A stretch of 63,738 nt of DNA, filler included, from Intoshia linei (taxonomy: Eukaryota > Animalia > Orthonectida), in assembly GCA_001642005.1 (NCBI GenBank). It is 6 parts of 6 records of this genome, joined end to end, with 100 filler letters (N's around TTAATTAATTAA, not from the genome) between each part and the next. Parts side by side here need not be neighbours in the genome. Positions count along the whole stretch, not along the records: positions 1 to 11,186 come from LWCA01001194.1; positions 11,287 to 36,944 come from LWCA01000492.1; 4 more parts are not named here. The stretch is one strand, 5' to 3'. The translations under genes were made by a program, and so were the position numbers. Positions 1-11,308 of this stretch are shown in pieces. Within the stretch, counting starts at the first letter, position 1. Every line of letters begins with the position of its first letter. A model generated the notes under the pieces. The model saw only the letters and a list, made by a program, of their open reading frames with translations. It had not been told where the DNA came from and did not search any database.

Positions 1-607
1 ATGGTCACACAAAAATAAAATATTAAAAGGTGAATAAGTTTTGAATTAAACAAGATAAATATTTATGCATGGCATATTTAGAATCGTGTAAGTATTCACA
101 ATGTATTTTTAACGGTCATAAGGTTAATAATGTCGTAACTTAGTGTCCATCGGTAAAAACATTTTTTGTTCTGAAAAAAAAATAAAATGAGAATTAGATT
201 TTTTGATCCAGATTATGCACAACTAGGTTCAATCTTAGATAAACGATATTATGGATACATTCATTACATATGATTTCTGAAAATTAAAAAGGATTTCAAT
301 CAGTAGTTTAATATATATCCACTTTTAAGCGTGTGTGGCCATATGGTCACATTGGGAGAATATGCTAACTTTAATGTATGAATATCTAATATTAATAAGT
401 ATGATCTTTGATATTATTTTTTGTAGATCACTTAAATTGAAGTATTTATATTTTATTTGCTAGAGAATAGCTCAATTAATTAAACTTTAATATGTGTGGC
501 TTTGATTAAAATACTTTTTGACCTTTAATTATTTGATAATTTGTCTTTATATAATTCATGTCAATATCATCAATTCATGTATGTAAAATATTAATACATT
601 TTTTTAG

Positions 608-3600
608 GTTTTAAAAAAATCTATATATTTAAACGTCGGAAATTCTACTGCATTTGAAACAAAATCTTACATTTCCAGTATAAAAAATGCCGGCCGAACA
701 AATAGTTCCGTGTGCAAGCCGATTACACCAATGTCAAATGTTACAAGAAGTAATTTACTTTTGTTTATACAGTAATGAGTAGATTAACTGTTATAAACTT
801 CGTACAAATAGCACCTAATTTTTCGCAGTGCTGGCTTTTTTAATTGTACAAAAAAATATATTATTGGAAATATGAAGACGTTTAATGCAATTTTTTTCAA
901 AAAGTAAGATGAATATTTTAAAATAACGAATATTCTTCAAAGGGTTAATAAAAAAGTCTCGAAATAAACAAAAATAATGCCAAAATACTTTTTTGATCGT
1001 GAAGGCGTCACGACTGTCAGACTGGATTTTTTTATGTGTGTTAACTGGATATAACTATTAACTATAAGTTTTTTTTAAAATGACATAAATATTCATTTTT
1101 TATAAAAAGGTATTCTGGGTTTTGTTCGTAAAAATTGACTTTGAAATAATATTTTTTTACATTTTAATTACAGTTTTTTCCGGGGATGTTAGCAAAATAA
1201 ATTTCAACTTCCCAAACTCACATCTTACGGGTCAAAAAGCCCAATTTGTATTTTTTTTTAAAATCAATCGAGTTCGACAATTTAAAAAAATATACTCTGA
1301 TAAGGATTTCAAAATCATAAACATTATCATAAATTTAAATTAAAAAAAAATATATCTTCAGGGCCAAAACATCAAATTACCTTTTTTTTTATGAAAACAG
1401 CCCTAGAATTTCAAAAAATTTAAGGTATTACAGTGGTATCCTGTTAACACACACAAAAAATGTGAAATAATTAACTGTCCGAAAATTAAAAAAAAAAAAA
1501 TTATTCTAATAGAGCTTATTCCAGTTGATATAAATACAAAATTTCAACCCCAGAAATCTACACATTCCCGGTGAAAAATAATTTTTAATATATTATCAAC
1601 CCATATTTTTCCAATATATATTTAATAAATCAATTATAAACGTTTAGTATCAATCTTGGAAAGATCGTTATATAGCAGTGGATATGGAACCGAAATTGAC
1701 ACTGACCGGCATGACACTTATTCCAATAAACCACCAGTCAGTGCATTAGATTCAATTTCTTGTACAATCTTTTCAAAAAGTAACATTTTGAAGCCAAAAC
1801 TGAGTCCTAATCGCACATTTTATAAACTTGATTCTCATACACGACCAAAAACTAGTACTACCAGCATAAATGCTTTAAATTTAGAAACGAAAGGTTTTAA
1901 ATTTCATTAAAAAATTGATAAATTTTAGATTCTAATCGACGAATAAAATCTTCAATACAAACTCGTAAAAGTTCCATAGATGCGGTTGATGACGAAATAA
2001 AATATACTGAAGAATCTTTGCCAGATAATCCCACAGACAAAATGGAAAATATGGAATCATATGAAAATATTTCTAGCAAGGATCCGTACATGATGATTAG
2101 TCGAAACAACTGTCAAAATATTCGGTCATTTGAAATTTTTGAATCTTTCAAATCATTTACTAAATTATACCCTGAATGTTACAAAATTTTTAATTATTGG
2201 ATAGACATTGATGTGCTTTTAAATAAAAATACTACATTGAAAGATATTTCTATTTACATAATTCGAAAATACTGTGATCAATGCTTATCTACCGCTTTAT
2301 CTCATTATCAGTTGAGTCTAATGTCACTAAATAAACCTGTTGGAAATATTAATATGGAAGATATATATAAGTCTGTCGAATATTCTACAAGATCCATTTT
2401 GTACTATTGGTAATTTTTTTGTATTTTTATCTAATATTAATTTAGGTCTCCACGTTTTATTAATCATCAACTTTTTCAACAATCTTTATGCAATATTTTA
2501 CTTGATAGACCAGTATACATTTAATGAATCAGGATATTAATTATTTTTTAGACGGAGGAGGATTTTATGACAAATTTTAATGTATTGTAAGTAATTTCAC
2601 TAATTGAATATGCGTTTAATGCACAAAGTGCATAATTTTAGTTTATAATGCATATTTAGCGGTAAACATTTAACCCAATATGGAATATACATGAAAGATT
2701 TGTTGAAGAATAATTTAAACTGTCAAAGCATTAATAGTATCCTCAATATTATTAATTGTGATTCCAAAGTTGGAAATTGTTTGTACAATTTTATTAAAAG
2801 AGAAAATTATACAGTATTTTCTATATTTTCCCTTTCAGTTTTGTTTAGACTGGAAAAATTTATATGGAATTTGTTGAAAATGTCATTAAATTCAAAAATT
2901 TATATTGTGATGAAATGCAATATAATTATGATTTATATGCGTCCATTGAAGCAAAAGTAATTTTAAAAATTTGTTAATTTTATTTAATGAAATGAATATG
3001 TTTTGCCAGATTAAAAACGTACTAAAAACGTACTCACATTAGTTAGTTACAAAATTATAATGTTGAATTGAAATTTTACAAGTTTTTAGTTTTAAACTAT
3101 ATAAAATACAATTGTAATTTAAAATTTAATTTAAATATTTTATTATTTGAATTATGATTTCACATTATTTAAATCAATTGTATACCATAGCGTATTACAG
3201 TTTAAAAATTATTAAAATTTATTATAATAAACTTAAATTTTTAGTATGTTTTTATCAGTGTTGCCTAAAACGTACTTTTACAAAAAACGTATTTCTGGCA
3301 GCTTTATATGATTTTAAAATCCGTATCATAATGTTTATTTTTTTTAAATTCTCGAATTCGCTTGATTTTCAAAAAAAGGACAATTGGGCTTTTTGACCCG
3401 TAAGATGTGAGTTTGAAATTTATTTTGCTAACACACCCGGAAAAAACTGTAATTGAAATGTGGACTTGCATAACAGTCAACCTAGTAATTTATATTTTTA
3501 ATAAACGAAAATTAGAAAATTATATCAAAATTTATTGCTCCCACATCAAAATATTCTAAATTGTGGAAAATTAAAGATAAAGAAAATATTTTTCAAAGTC

Positions 3601-6600
3601 AATATCCAGTTTACGAAGAATTATTTGATAAACTCTTGCACAAATCTATTTTAGAAATTAGGATAATCATCATTTCCATGTACAGGCGATACATACAATC
3701 TGTAAAAAAGGTGTACAAATTTATTAAAATCATAACAATTTATATTTTACAAAAACAGTATTCTCTCCATATTTGCCAGTTTTTTAGTTAACCAATTATA
3801 ATGAATTAATTAAATCTACCGTGAAAATTTTTTTTAGAAAAGTATATTTCGAGGATTTTTATTTGTTATAAGTTATGAAAAGTTTTTAATTAAGATTAAT
3901 AGTACTATTAAATACTTATTGATATGTTTTCCGTGGTTATATTCTTCTATTTGACTAAAGGTACTTTGGCATATATACATAATGTCATAGAGAGATAATT
4001 CTGTACAATTTTGATATTTTTAATGGTTTCAATTAGATTAAAGTCTTCAAGCGTCAAAGAAAAATGTCTGCCAAAACATTTAGCTACAAATTTATCAATC
4101 AAGATTTGAATAAAATTGATCATATCGAGGTAAGTTTACATTAAATTCAGTGGTTGTGGACATGTTAGAGTCTTGCATGTGCAGACCCTCTCCAATTATG
4201 ACTTGGAATGTTTTTTAAAATTATTCATTATCCCAGCGTACCCTGCCCTCCATTTAAATATATTTTCTAATTCACTCATACGTACTCGTCACGTACTTGA
4301 ATTTTTTACAATCCGTACATCACAGTAAAGTAGCTTTGCGCTGGTATTGGTGGAATGGTTGTGAACCACTTTTATTTAAATTATTTAACCCAGCGTTTAT
4401 TAAAGTTTTTTTTCAATCTTACCCTGCTGGATTAAAATAATTTCGCTTATGATACGAAAAATGTATCTAGCACCACTTATTGATGTAGAATAGTAGGATA
4501 CATAATGGTCGGTCTAGTCATATGGACCCTAGTCCTCTACAGTGTAGACTCTACTTTACTCTATACGGCTTTGACAATTATAGACATTTTCAGTACATAA
4601 AATCTTTTTTAAAACATAGTCACTTTTAGTTAAGTCATATTTTCAAATCGTCATTGAAAAATACTTTAACTAGTAATATAAACGATAATTCGATAATTCT
4701 ATAATTACATTTTATAATTATAAATAACAAATTGCAAGACATTTTTATCCAGACAACGTTAAATATAATTGGCAAACTCAGACATTTATACCTTCAATGT
4801 CAAAAACATATATTACCATTCTGTTACCCAATATTTTAAAAATTAATTGATTAAAATGAAAAAATATTCAATAATTAGTAAAAAATAATATAAAAATAAA
4901 AATTAGTTTATTTGAAGAATCATAGATACAATAATAATAACTAATAATTGACTTGAAATTTAAATAAACTAAAATTGACTATACTTTTAATTTTTTCTGG
5001 TTACCCTAGTTAATTTAAAAAGTTTTGTAACTATCGATATTCAAATTTACTTAATTTGAATTGTAATTGTAGTATTTTAATCGCGTTCTGATTTCCAAAT
5101 AAAAATCTATACTACACTCCGTCTACTAATTTTAAAGACAACATGATATTATGATATAGCTTCCTTATTAATGAAGGAATATTTTTGAAGAAATTAAAAT
5201 AAAAAGTTATTAATAAAATAGTTAAAATCACAATAAATGACGTGTCCACAATTATAACAACACTAAGTTTTATTATTAGTATTACTAAATAAGTTATATA
5301 ATGATTGTTTTCAATAGTCAATTGGCTTTTCTCCTACCTTCAATACTTCGATTGCACGATTTTGAATTGAGTTTGTCAGTTTAATAAACGTTGCATCAGC
5401 GATGGTCCACCATGTATTCATTATAGCTATTCGTAGTTTACCTAGATTACTATATTGTTTATTTCCAGCATAGAGTTGTCTGACCATGATACCCCATACG
5501 TTTTCAATGGGGTTAATATCTGGATAGAGAGCAGGCCACTCCATAATATTAGTAAAATGATTATTTAAAAACGTTTTTATTGAGCAAGACGTGTGACAAC
5601 TAGCATTATCTTGTTGAAACACTAAATTTTTCTTCAATTCGTCGCTAGTTGGAAGAATAAGAATCAGGTTTTCCTCTAAAATACTTTGGTATTTGATTGA
5701 ATTTATATTACCGTCAACTTTGACAATACACTTAATACCTCCGCTGGAGAAAGCACCCCAAATGATAATACCTCCTCCACCGAACCTTCTATTAACTCTT
5801 TCTGGAATTTTATCACGCAAATCACATCAATAATAATTGTAATAATCTGGTCCATCCAAATTAAATTTTTTCCAAATGATAATTTTGATATCTATTTTTT
5901 TGTTAAGGTAAGCCTCTGCCCATTTTACATTTGCGAACATTGGAAGAATTTGAGGTATCGGGTTAGATCTAACTAGAATAATATTTGGGCTTGCTTTGAT
6001 CACATTATGAACCGAAGATTTAGACACTTTAATCCTTTTGAGCTCATAATTGCAGCAACATCCCTTACTCCTTGTGCAGGATTAATTATGATTAGTGTTG
6101 TTATAATTTTAGGCACGTTATTTAATGTGATTTTAACTTTTTTATTAATAACTTTTATAATTTTGGTTTTTTCAAAAATATTTTTTTACGATGACAACAT
6201 ATTGACATGCTTATATGGCATGTCAATAATCAAAAAAATATATTGACGAATAAGGAAGTTATGTCACAATATCATGTGGTCTTTAAAATTAGTGGACGGT
6301 GTGTATAAACTAGGTTGGTCCAAGTAAATTAGGGGGTACATTGAAAAAATTTTATCTACCTGAATTATGAAATTTTTCACGCTTACTAATCTTTCTCAGG
6401 AATACCAATAGTAACCAAACCTACAGTATTCTAGCTTCAACCCTCCAGTAAATAAAAATAGGGCTAAAAAGTTTTTACAAACTATGTATAGTGTCATGAA
6501 TCCTAGCATTCTCTACCGATCCTCGAATTGATAATTTAAATTTGAGAAAAAGTAGTTATGATATTGAAAAGTATAATTTTTATACCAATTTTCTCCAAAT

Positions 6601-8516
6601 ATTTATATTAACCAAAGTAAAAATTCATTCGCAATGTATTTTTCACGACGATGAGGTTACTAATTTCGTCACTTAACGTTTCCAGGTAAAACATTTTTTC
6701 TGATAAAAATAAGCGGAATGACATTTAAATACAGTCAATCCTGTTAAATATGAACATGATTCTACCAAATTTTATTAGTGTTTCTATTATCATGGTAAGT
6801 GAACACTGAACAAGATATACAAAAAATAATTTAAGTTAAAATGCTTTAAATCATTCTAAATGCTGAAAATTATGTTCACTTAATAAAATGTTCATTGTGT
6901 GAAATTTTCATATTGAATAGGATTGACTGTAGTAAAATTTTATTAAAATCGGAGGAAAAAAGTATATTTTACAATGTACATATTAAATCTAGGAAAATGA
7001 TGAAAGCTTGGACCTGCTGGATTTTGGAGAAACAAGCGATACAGAAACGGAAAACTTGTTACATTTAATACCTGAAAAATTCAAAGACTGGACATTTAAA
7101 ACACTTTTAAATGACCGAATCGAATTTGAACATTTCCGTCAATTTCTGAATGACAACAATGCAAACATGGATTTACTGTGTTGGATGGACATTGAATCAT
7201 ATAGATCCATAGCGAATGATAACCACAAAAGGAGATACGACACAGCCGTATTTCTGAAACAACAATATTTGACTCAAAGATACTTTTTCAGTAAAAAAAG
7301 TCCTGCAAATCCCCTTACTCAAAAATTACTCGTTAAAGAATCTGGAGGTTGGGCTAAGATGATATCTGATGTTCCATCATCTGAATTACTAATTAAAGTT
7401 CAAGACTGCGCTAGAAGTAAAACTAAACATTAAAATCATAAATATGAATACATACATTTAGGTCGAATTGAATTACATTGGTTGCCAAAATTTTTATCAC
7501 AAGAATCATTTATAGATCGCCAAAAATGTCAAAATCATTTATCCGAAGTTGTTGAAGAAGTGTTGCATCAAAGAAAACGAAAATCAATGAATGTTTCAAA
7601 ACTCATGGACAGTAAATGGATGTCTTCATTCGAAGAGGTTAAAATTGAACATAACATTAACTGAGAAATTAATTTTTCCATTAGATTTATCAATTTCGAC
7701 AAAGTCTTCAGAATAACATTTCAATCAAAAAATTTATCCATTTCGTATCCATCAAAGGAAGTATACACATAAATAACATTTATTTTTTGAGAGAGGTATG
7801 CATACTTGAAAAAATTGTCTAAACTATACATTTTTAGCTACACGCTTTCAAACAATTGTGTCATCGACACGTTGAAAAATCCTTATTAATTCAAAAAATT
7901 GTTTCTATAATATCGTGTTTTATCGAGTCATGTATTCCTCCCTCCATACAGGTATCTTAAACTTTAGTATTACATGTACAATAAAATTAGATTGATATAA
8001 CACATGAAATGGCTCAACGCATAACAGAACGACGTTTAGAAGCTTCACCGTACATTTTCAGAGAAGCACAAGTAAACATAAATTTACAAATTTAACTCGC
8101 CACAATTTTAGATGTCAGTATTTCGATCCTTACTTCCATTATGGCAAGAATACTGTGAATATCGTTCAAAATCTACACGAGACCCCCTATCACCACCGTG
8201 TCCATTGCGTTTAACGTCCAATAAAAAATTTTCACCGATAGAAAAATTACAAACCAAAAAAATGTTTGGAAGCGTACGAAGTAATTTGAACATTCCTCAA
8301 AAACTTGCAACACCCAATGCAACAGAAACAAGTTTAAATAATTCCTCTCACAGAAGGTCATTGAGAAAAATGTCGGATATGACTCAAGTTACAGAAAGAC
8401 GTTCAAGTGAGTTTGTAAAACCAGAATTGGATAATGCAAATACGATAAAATTTCAATATTCAAATTACATTTCCGTTTTGGAACAAGAAGATTTACTCAA
8501 CAAAATTACAGCTTAG
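608..8516 (+). CDS. RGS22: Regulator of G-protein signalling 22-like, multi-RGS-domain, spliced; 5' end probably upstream of 608 or outside the window
   Basis: Exons at about 608-749, ~1640-1893, 1929-2410, 2446-2512, 2660-2956, ~3500-3780, 6993-7416, 7462-7638, 7685-7795, 7839-7951, 7991-8071 and 8112-8516, joined by GT-AG introns (e.g. 1894-1928, 8072-8111). RGS-type segments 'TFKTLLNDRIEFEHFRQFLNDNNANMDLLCWMDIESYR', 'HWLPKFL' and 'IDITHEMAQRITERRLEASPYIFREAQMSVFRSLLPLWQEYCEYR' match my recollection of the RGS22 C-terminal domains. Stop TAG at 8514-8516. Confidence 0.8.
780..1612. mobile_element. Rearranged non-autonomous Helitron copy in an RGS22 intron
   Basis: 780-820 is the reverse complement of the family 3' hairpin/CTAG end. 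1157-1612 is plus-strand internal sequence shared with 15115-16160. Confidence 0.65.
3300..3485. mobile_element. Helitron fragment: inverted internal part joined to a plus-oriented 3' end
   Basis: 3309-3466 is the reverse complement of the family 5' internal region. It is followed directly by 'taacagtcaacctag|t'. Confidence 0.65.
5115..6303 (-). mobile_element. Tc1/mariner DD34E (Tc3-like) transposon, decayed, in an RGS22 intron
   Basis: Imperfect TIRs of about 55 bp (cactccgtctactaattttaaagac / gtctttaaaattagtggacggtgtg). TA at 5113-14 and 6304-05. Broken transposase ORFs 5827-6027 ('KKFNLDGPD') and 5311-5820 ('GGGGIIIWGAFS', 'FQQDNASCH...PDINPIEN'), with 34 aa between D and E. Confidence 0.93.
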
Positions 8517-8523
8517 TTAACAT

Positions 8524-10056
8524 TTATCCAATTCTCCGTTTTTTTGATCTTTTGTCGATAGATTTCATCTTTTTTGCCAAAAGTTTATCATCAAACACAA
8601 ATTGATATTTATCACTAAATTTATATGTAAATGAAAAATAAAAATGTACTGTTTTCTTTTGTCTTTAATTACATAATCCGTTCCAATTCGCAGTTTTTTA
8701 TCTTCTAAATTTTACATTTTAAAGTATTTTTCAAAAATAAACGTGGATTTATGACGTGGAGTTTAGAAACAGACTGGCTGAAATCAACATGAATTCGACG
8801 GTCGTCTATCAATACATTATCCATTTTAAAGTATCCCTCCTCAGCAGATTCTTTCTAATTACATTTTGAATTAATTTTTCATTTTATTATACATTTTCAA
8901 ATTCAATAAAACCATATTGCAGTGACTCGTCAGTTATATGGTCTCGAAGAATTTCACAACTCAAAATATTTCCAAATCGAGAAAAAATGATCTCCAGGTC
9001 TTCATCTGTTGTTACTGGGTTCAATTTACACACAAAAAGGACATTTTCAGGTGGTTTCATGTCGGCAGAGTCTATATCACCTACCTATTTCAATTATTAT
9101 TGGCTTATAATAATCTCACCATCTCCAATAGTGTTGCTTGAGCTTGGGCTTCTTTTTGTTCCATTACTTCTTGAATCTCTTCTTGTGTCATACCCTTATA
9201 TGTATCCAAAGTTTCATCTGCCCCAATGTTTCCGGTCTACATTTAAATATTTAAATTCATATCAATGCTTTATAGGTGGTCATCAGTTTTAATTATGAAT
9301 ATTCCTACAAACCGTGAAACACATAGAAATGGTTTTTTCGTAATTATATTTATTTTAATATGAAATTACCAGTTCACGGTATAAAAAAAGTGGAGCAGGA
9401 ATAAATGAATTAACTTACATTGAGCATTTCTCTTGTAGGTAGAGGTGAACTGGCCGGTACAAGTGATTCTAATTTTTTAGAGTTGTCGAATGGATCAAAC
9501 AAAACAACAGTATGGTATATCCTAAATTATTAAAAAAAGAATCAAAAAAATTACCAAATATCACGAAGTGGCATATTTTTGTTATTAACATAGGCATTAT
9601 TTATCAAATCCACAACATGACATCCATCTCCAATTTGACCAAAAACAACATGTTTTTGGCCGTCCAAATAACTTGGATCAACTGATGTGGTAATCAGAAA
9701 CTATAAGCATGATAAAAGTACATTATAAATTGAATGAAAACCTGAGATCCAAAGAAATTACTACCATTATTGACCATTGATATCAAATACTTTTTATTGT
9801 GTTTTATTATAGGTGTAAATTTTGGTTGAAAATATTTTACATTATCAATTTTATTGTAAATTGATGTTCCTCCGTTTCCTGTATTACTTGGATCACCAGA
9901 TTGAACTGCCAAATCCTTTTGAACACAAAAGAATCGACAATAATTGTAATACTTTACCATACATAGTTTAAGGAAATTAAATGAACATTTGGGTCTTTCT
10001 TTAGTATACAAATCGACAGTAAAGTCTCCTAAGGATGTTTCAAATGTTACAGACAT
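8524..10056 (-). CDS. PPIL4: Peptidyl-prolyl cis-trans isomerase-like 4 (cyclophilin plus RRM), 8 exons
   Basis: '[17 protein letters not shown]...[12 protein letters not shown]', '[10 protein letters not shown]', '[10 protein letters not shown]', '[44 protein letters not shown]' and '[22 protein letters not shown]'. The spliced frame ends 'DKYQFVFDD...KRSKKRRIG*', with the stop at 8526-8524. Example intron 9701-9741. Confidence 0.93.
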
Positions 10057-10959
10057 AATTCATTGTCATATCAGATAATTAATTTAAATATTTATTTATT
10101 GAATTTTATAAATAAAGAGTGATAATCAGAAATCTCACAACTCAATATCGTCTATTTTTATGTGTTAGTCCAGTGAGTTTTAACTGATGCCATGTATAGA
10201 GTTGAATTCCATAGCGAAGAAAAATGACTTGATAATATAAATTTTTAAAAATTAGAGTCAAACTTTTACACTGACAATTCTTTGATCATTTTGGGATTTA
10301 CTATTTACATTTATTTATGTTAATATTTATAAGTGTATAGTAGGGTCATCACCATATTCAAAGGTCAAAAAGTATTTTTCACCATCAGGATTATTGGTGA
10401 TGGTGATCACTTTCCTGAAAAAATTATTCAAATTGGTTGAGTTTGGACCGGGCCACTCAACATCGAAATTTTTCCTTAAAAAGTTTAAATTAAACTTTAT
10501 TTTCATAGTAAAATGTTATAAAAATTTGTAACAAATATAAAATTAATGCATAAAATGAAGTAATTCTTAATTAATTAATTTTTTTAAATGAATGAAATTA
10601 CATAATTGATATTTTTATTATCAACAAAAAGATAAGATATAAGATATAATTTCATCTTGTTAATACTTATTAAGTTAAGTTAATAATTAACCCTCATTGA
10701 ATTTATTCAAATTTGAATATTGAATGTATACATTATTATGTTAATATATAAATTATACTCAAAAAACTATCTTAATACAAAATATATTATATGCTACTAA
10801 CGCTTGTTAAATATGTAATGGCAAAAAAATTTTTTGAATCTATGGTGTAATTTCTGAGATATAGAAGTTTTAATTATAGTTAATATATACAATGTTGCCA
10901 TACAAAATTTAAATTACAAAGTTATATTTCAATTTACTAATTTATTTAATTTACTAAAC

Positions 10960-11186
10960 ATGCCTCATTTTTGCGAAAAATCGATCAAATTTTGTTTTAT
11001 CTGTGGAGCGTACATTTTGAAAAGTAAAAAAATATTCAATACATTCTCCTGGATTTAACGGAAAATTGGTATTATTGTATGAACAAATTGTGACATCAAG
11101 TGAATGGTGGATTCCACAATTTTGTTGTGGAACATGTCACACTGATATCAGTAATATGATACAACGATATGACAGTACAAAATCAT
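10960..11186 (+). pseudogene. Decayed N-terminal zinc finger of a DNA transposase (Chapaev3/CMC-like), cut by a gap
   Basis: 'MPHFCEKSIKFCFICGAY' then, after a frameshift, 'SEWWIPQFCCGTCH'. This resembles the FCYICG...WxPHxxCxxC motif I associate with Chapaev3 transposases; the family call is from memory. Confidence 0.35.
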
Positions 11187-11286
11187 NNNNNNNNNNNNNN
11201 NNNNNNNNNNNNNNNNNNNNNNNNNNNNNNTTAATTAATTAANNNNNNNNNNNNNNNNNNNNNNNNNNNNNNNNNNNNNNNNNNNN
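11187..11286. other. Assembly gap with artificial TTAATTAATTAA linker (also 36945-37043, 56812-56911, 60961-61060, 62231-62330)
   Basis: N-run + ttaattaattaa + N-run, the same at all five sites. The linker puts a stop in all six frames. Confidence 0.97.
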
Positions 11287-11308
11287 TACAATTTAAATAT
11301 AAATTTAG

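Noticed and set aside
1122-1343. Similar short ORFs at 1122, 11617 and 15497 that look like a gene family
   Set aside because: They are chance frames within copies of the non-coding Helitron repeat, and frames and stops are not conserved between copies.
4484-4576. Short TG...CA segment with higher GC that might be a solo LTR
   Set aside because: The flanks (attga / attat) do not form a convincing TSD, and there is no second copy in the window.
8938-9292. Plus-strand ORFs 8938-9141 and 8987-9292
   Set aside because: They are antisense to well-conserved PPIL4 exons.
11231-11242. Palindromic TTAATTAATTAA repeated five times
   Set aside because: It is always centred in N-runs, so it is an artificial scaffold linker.
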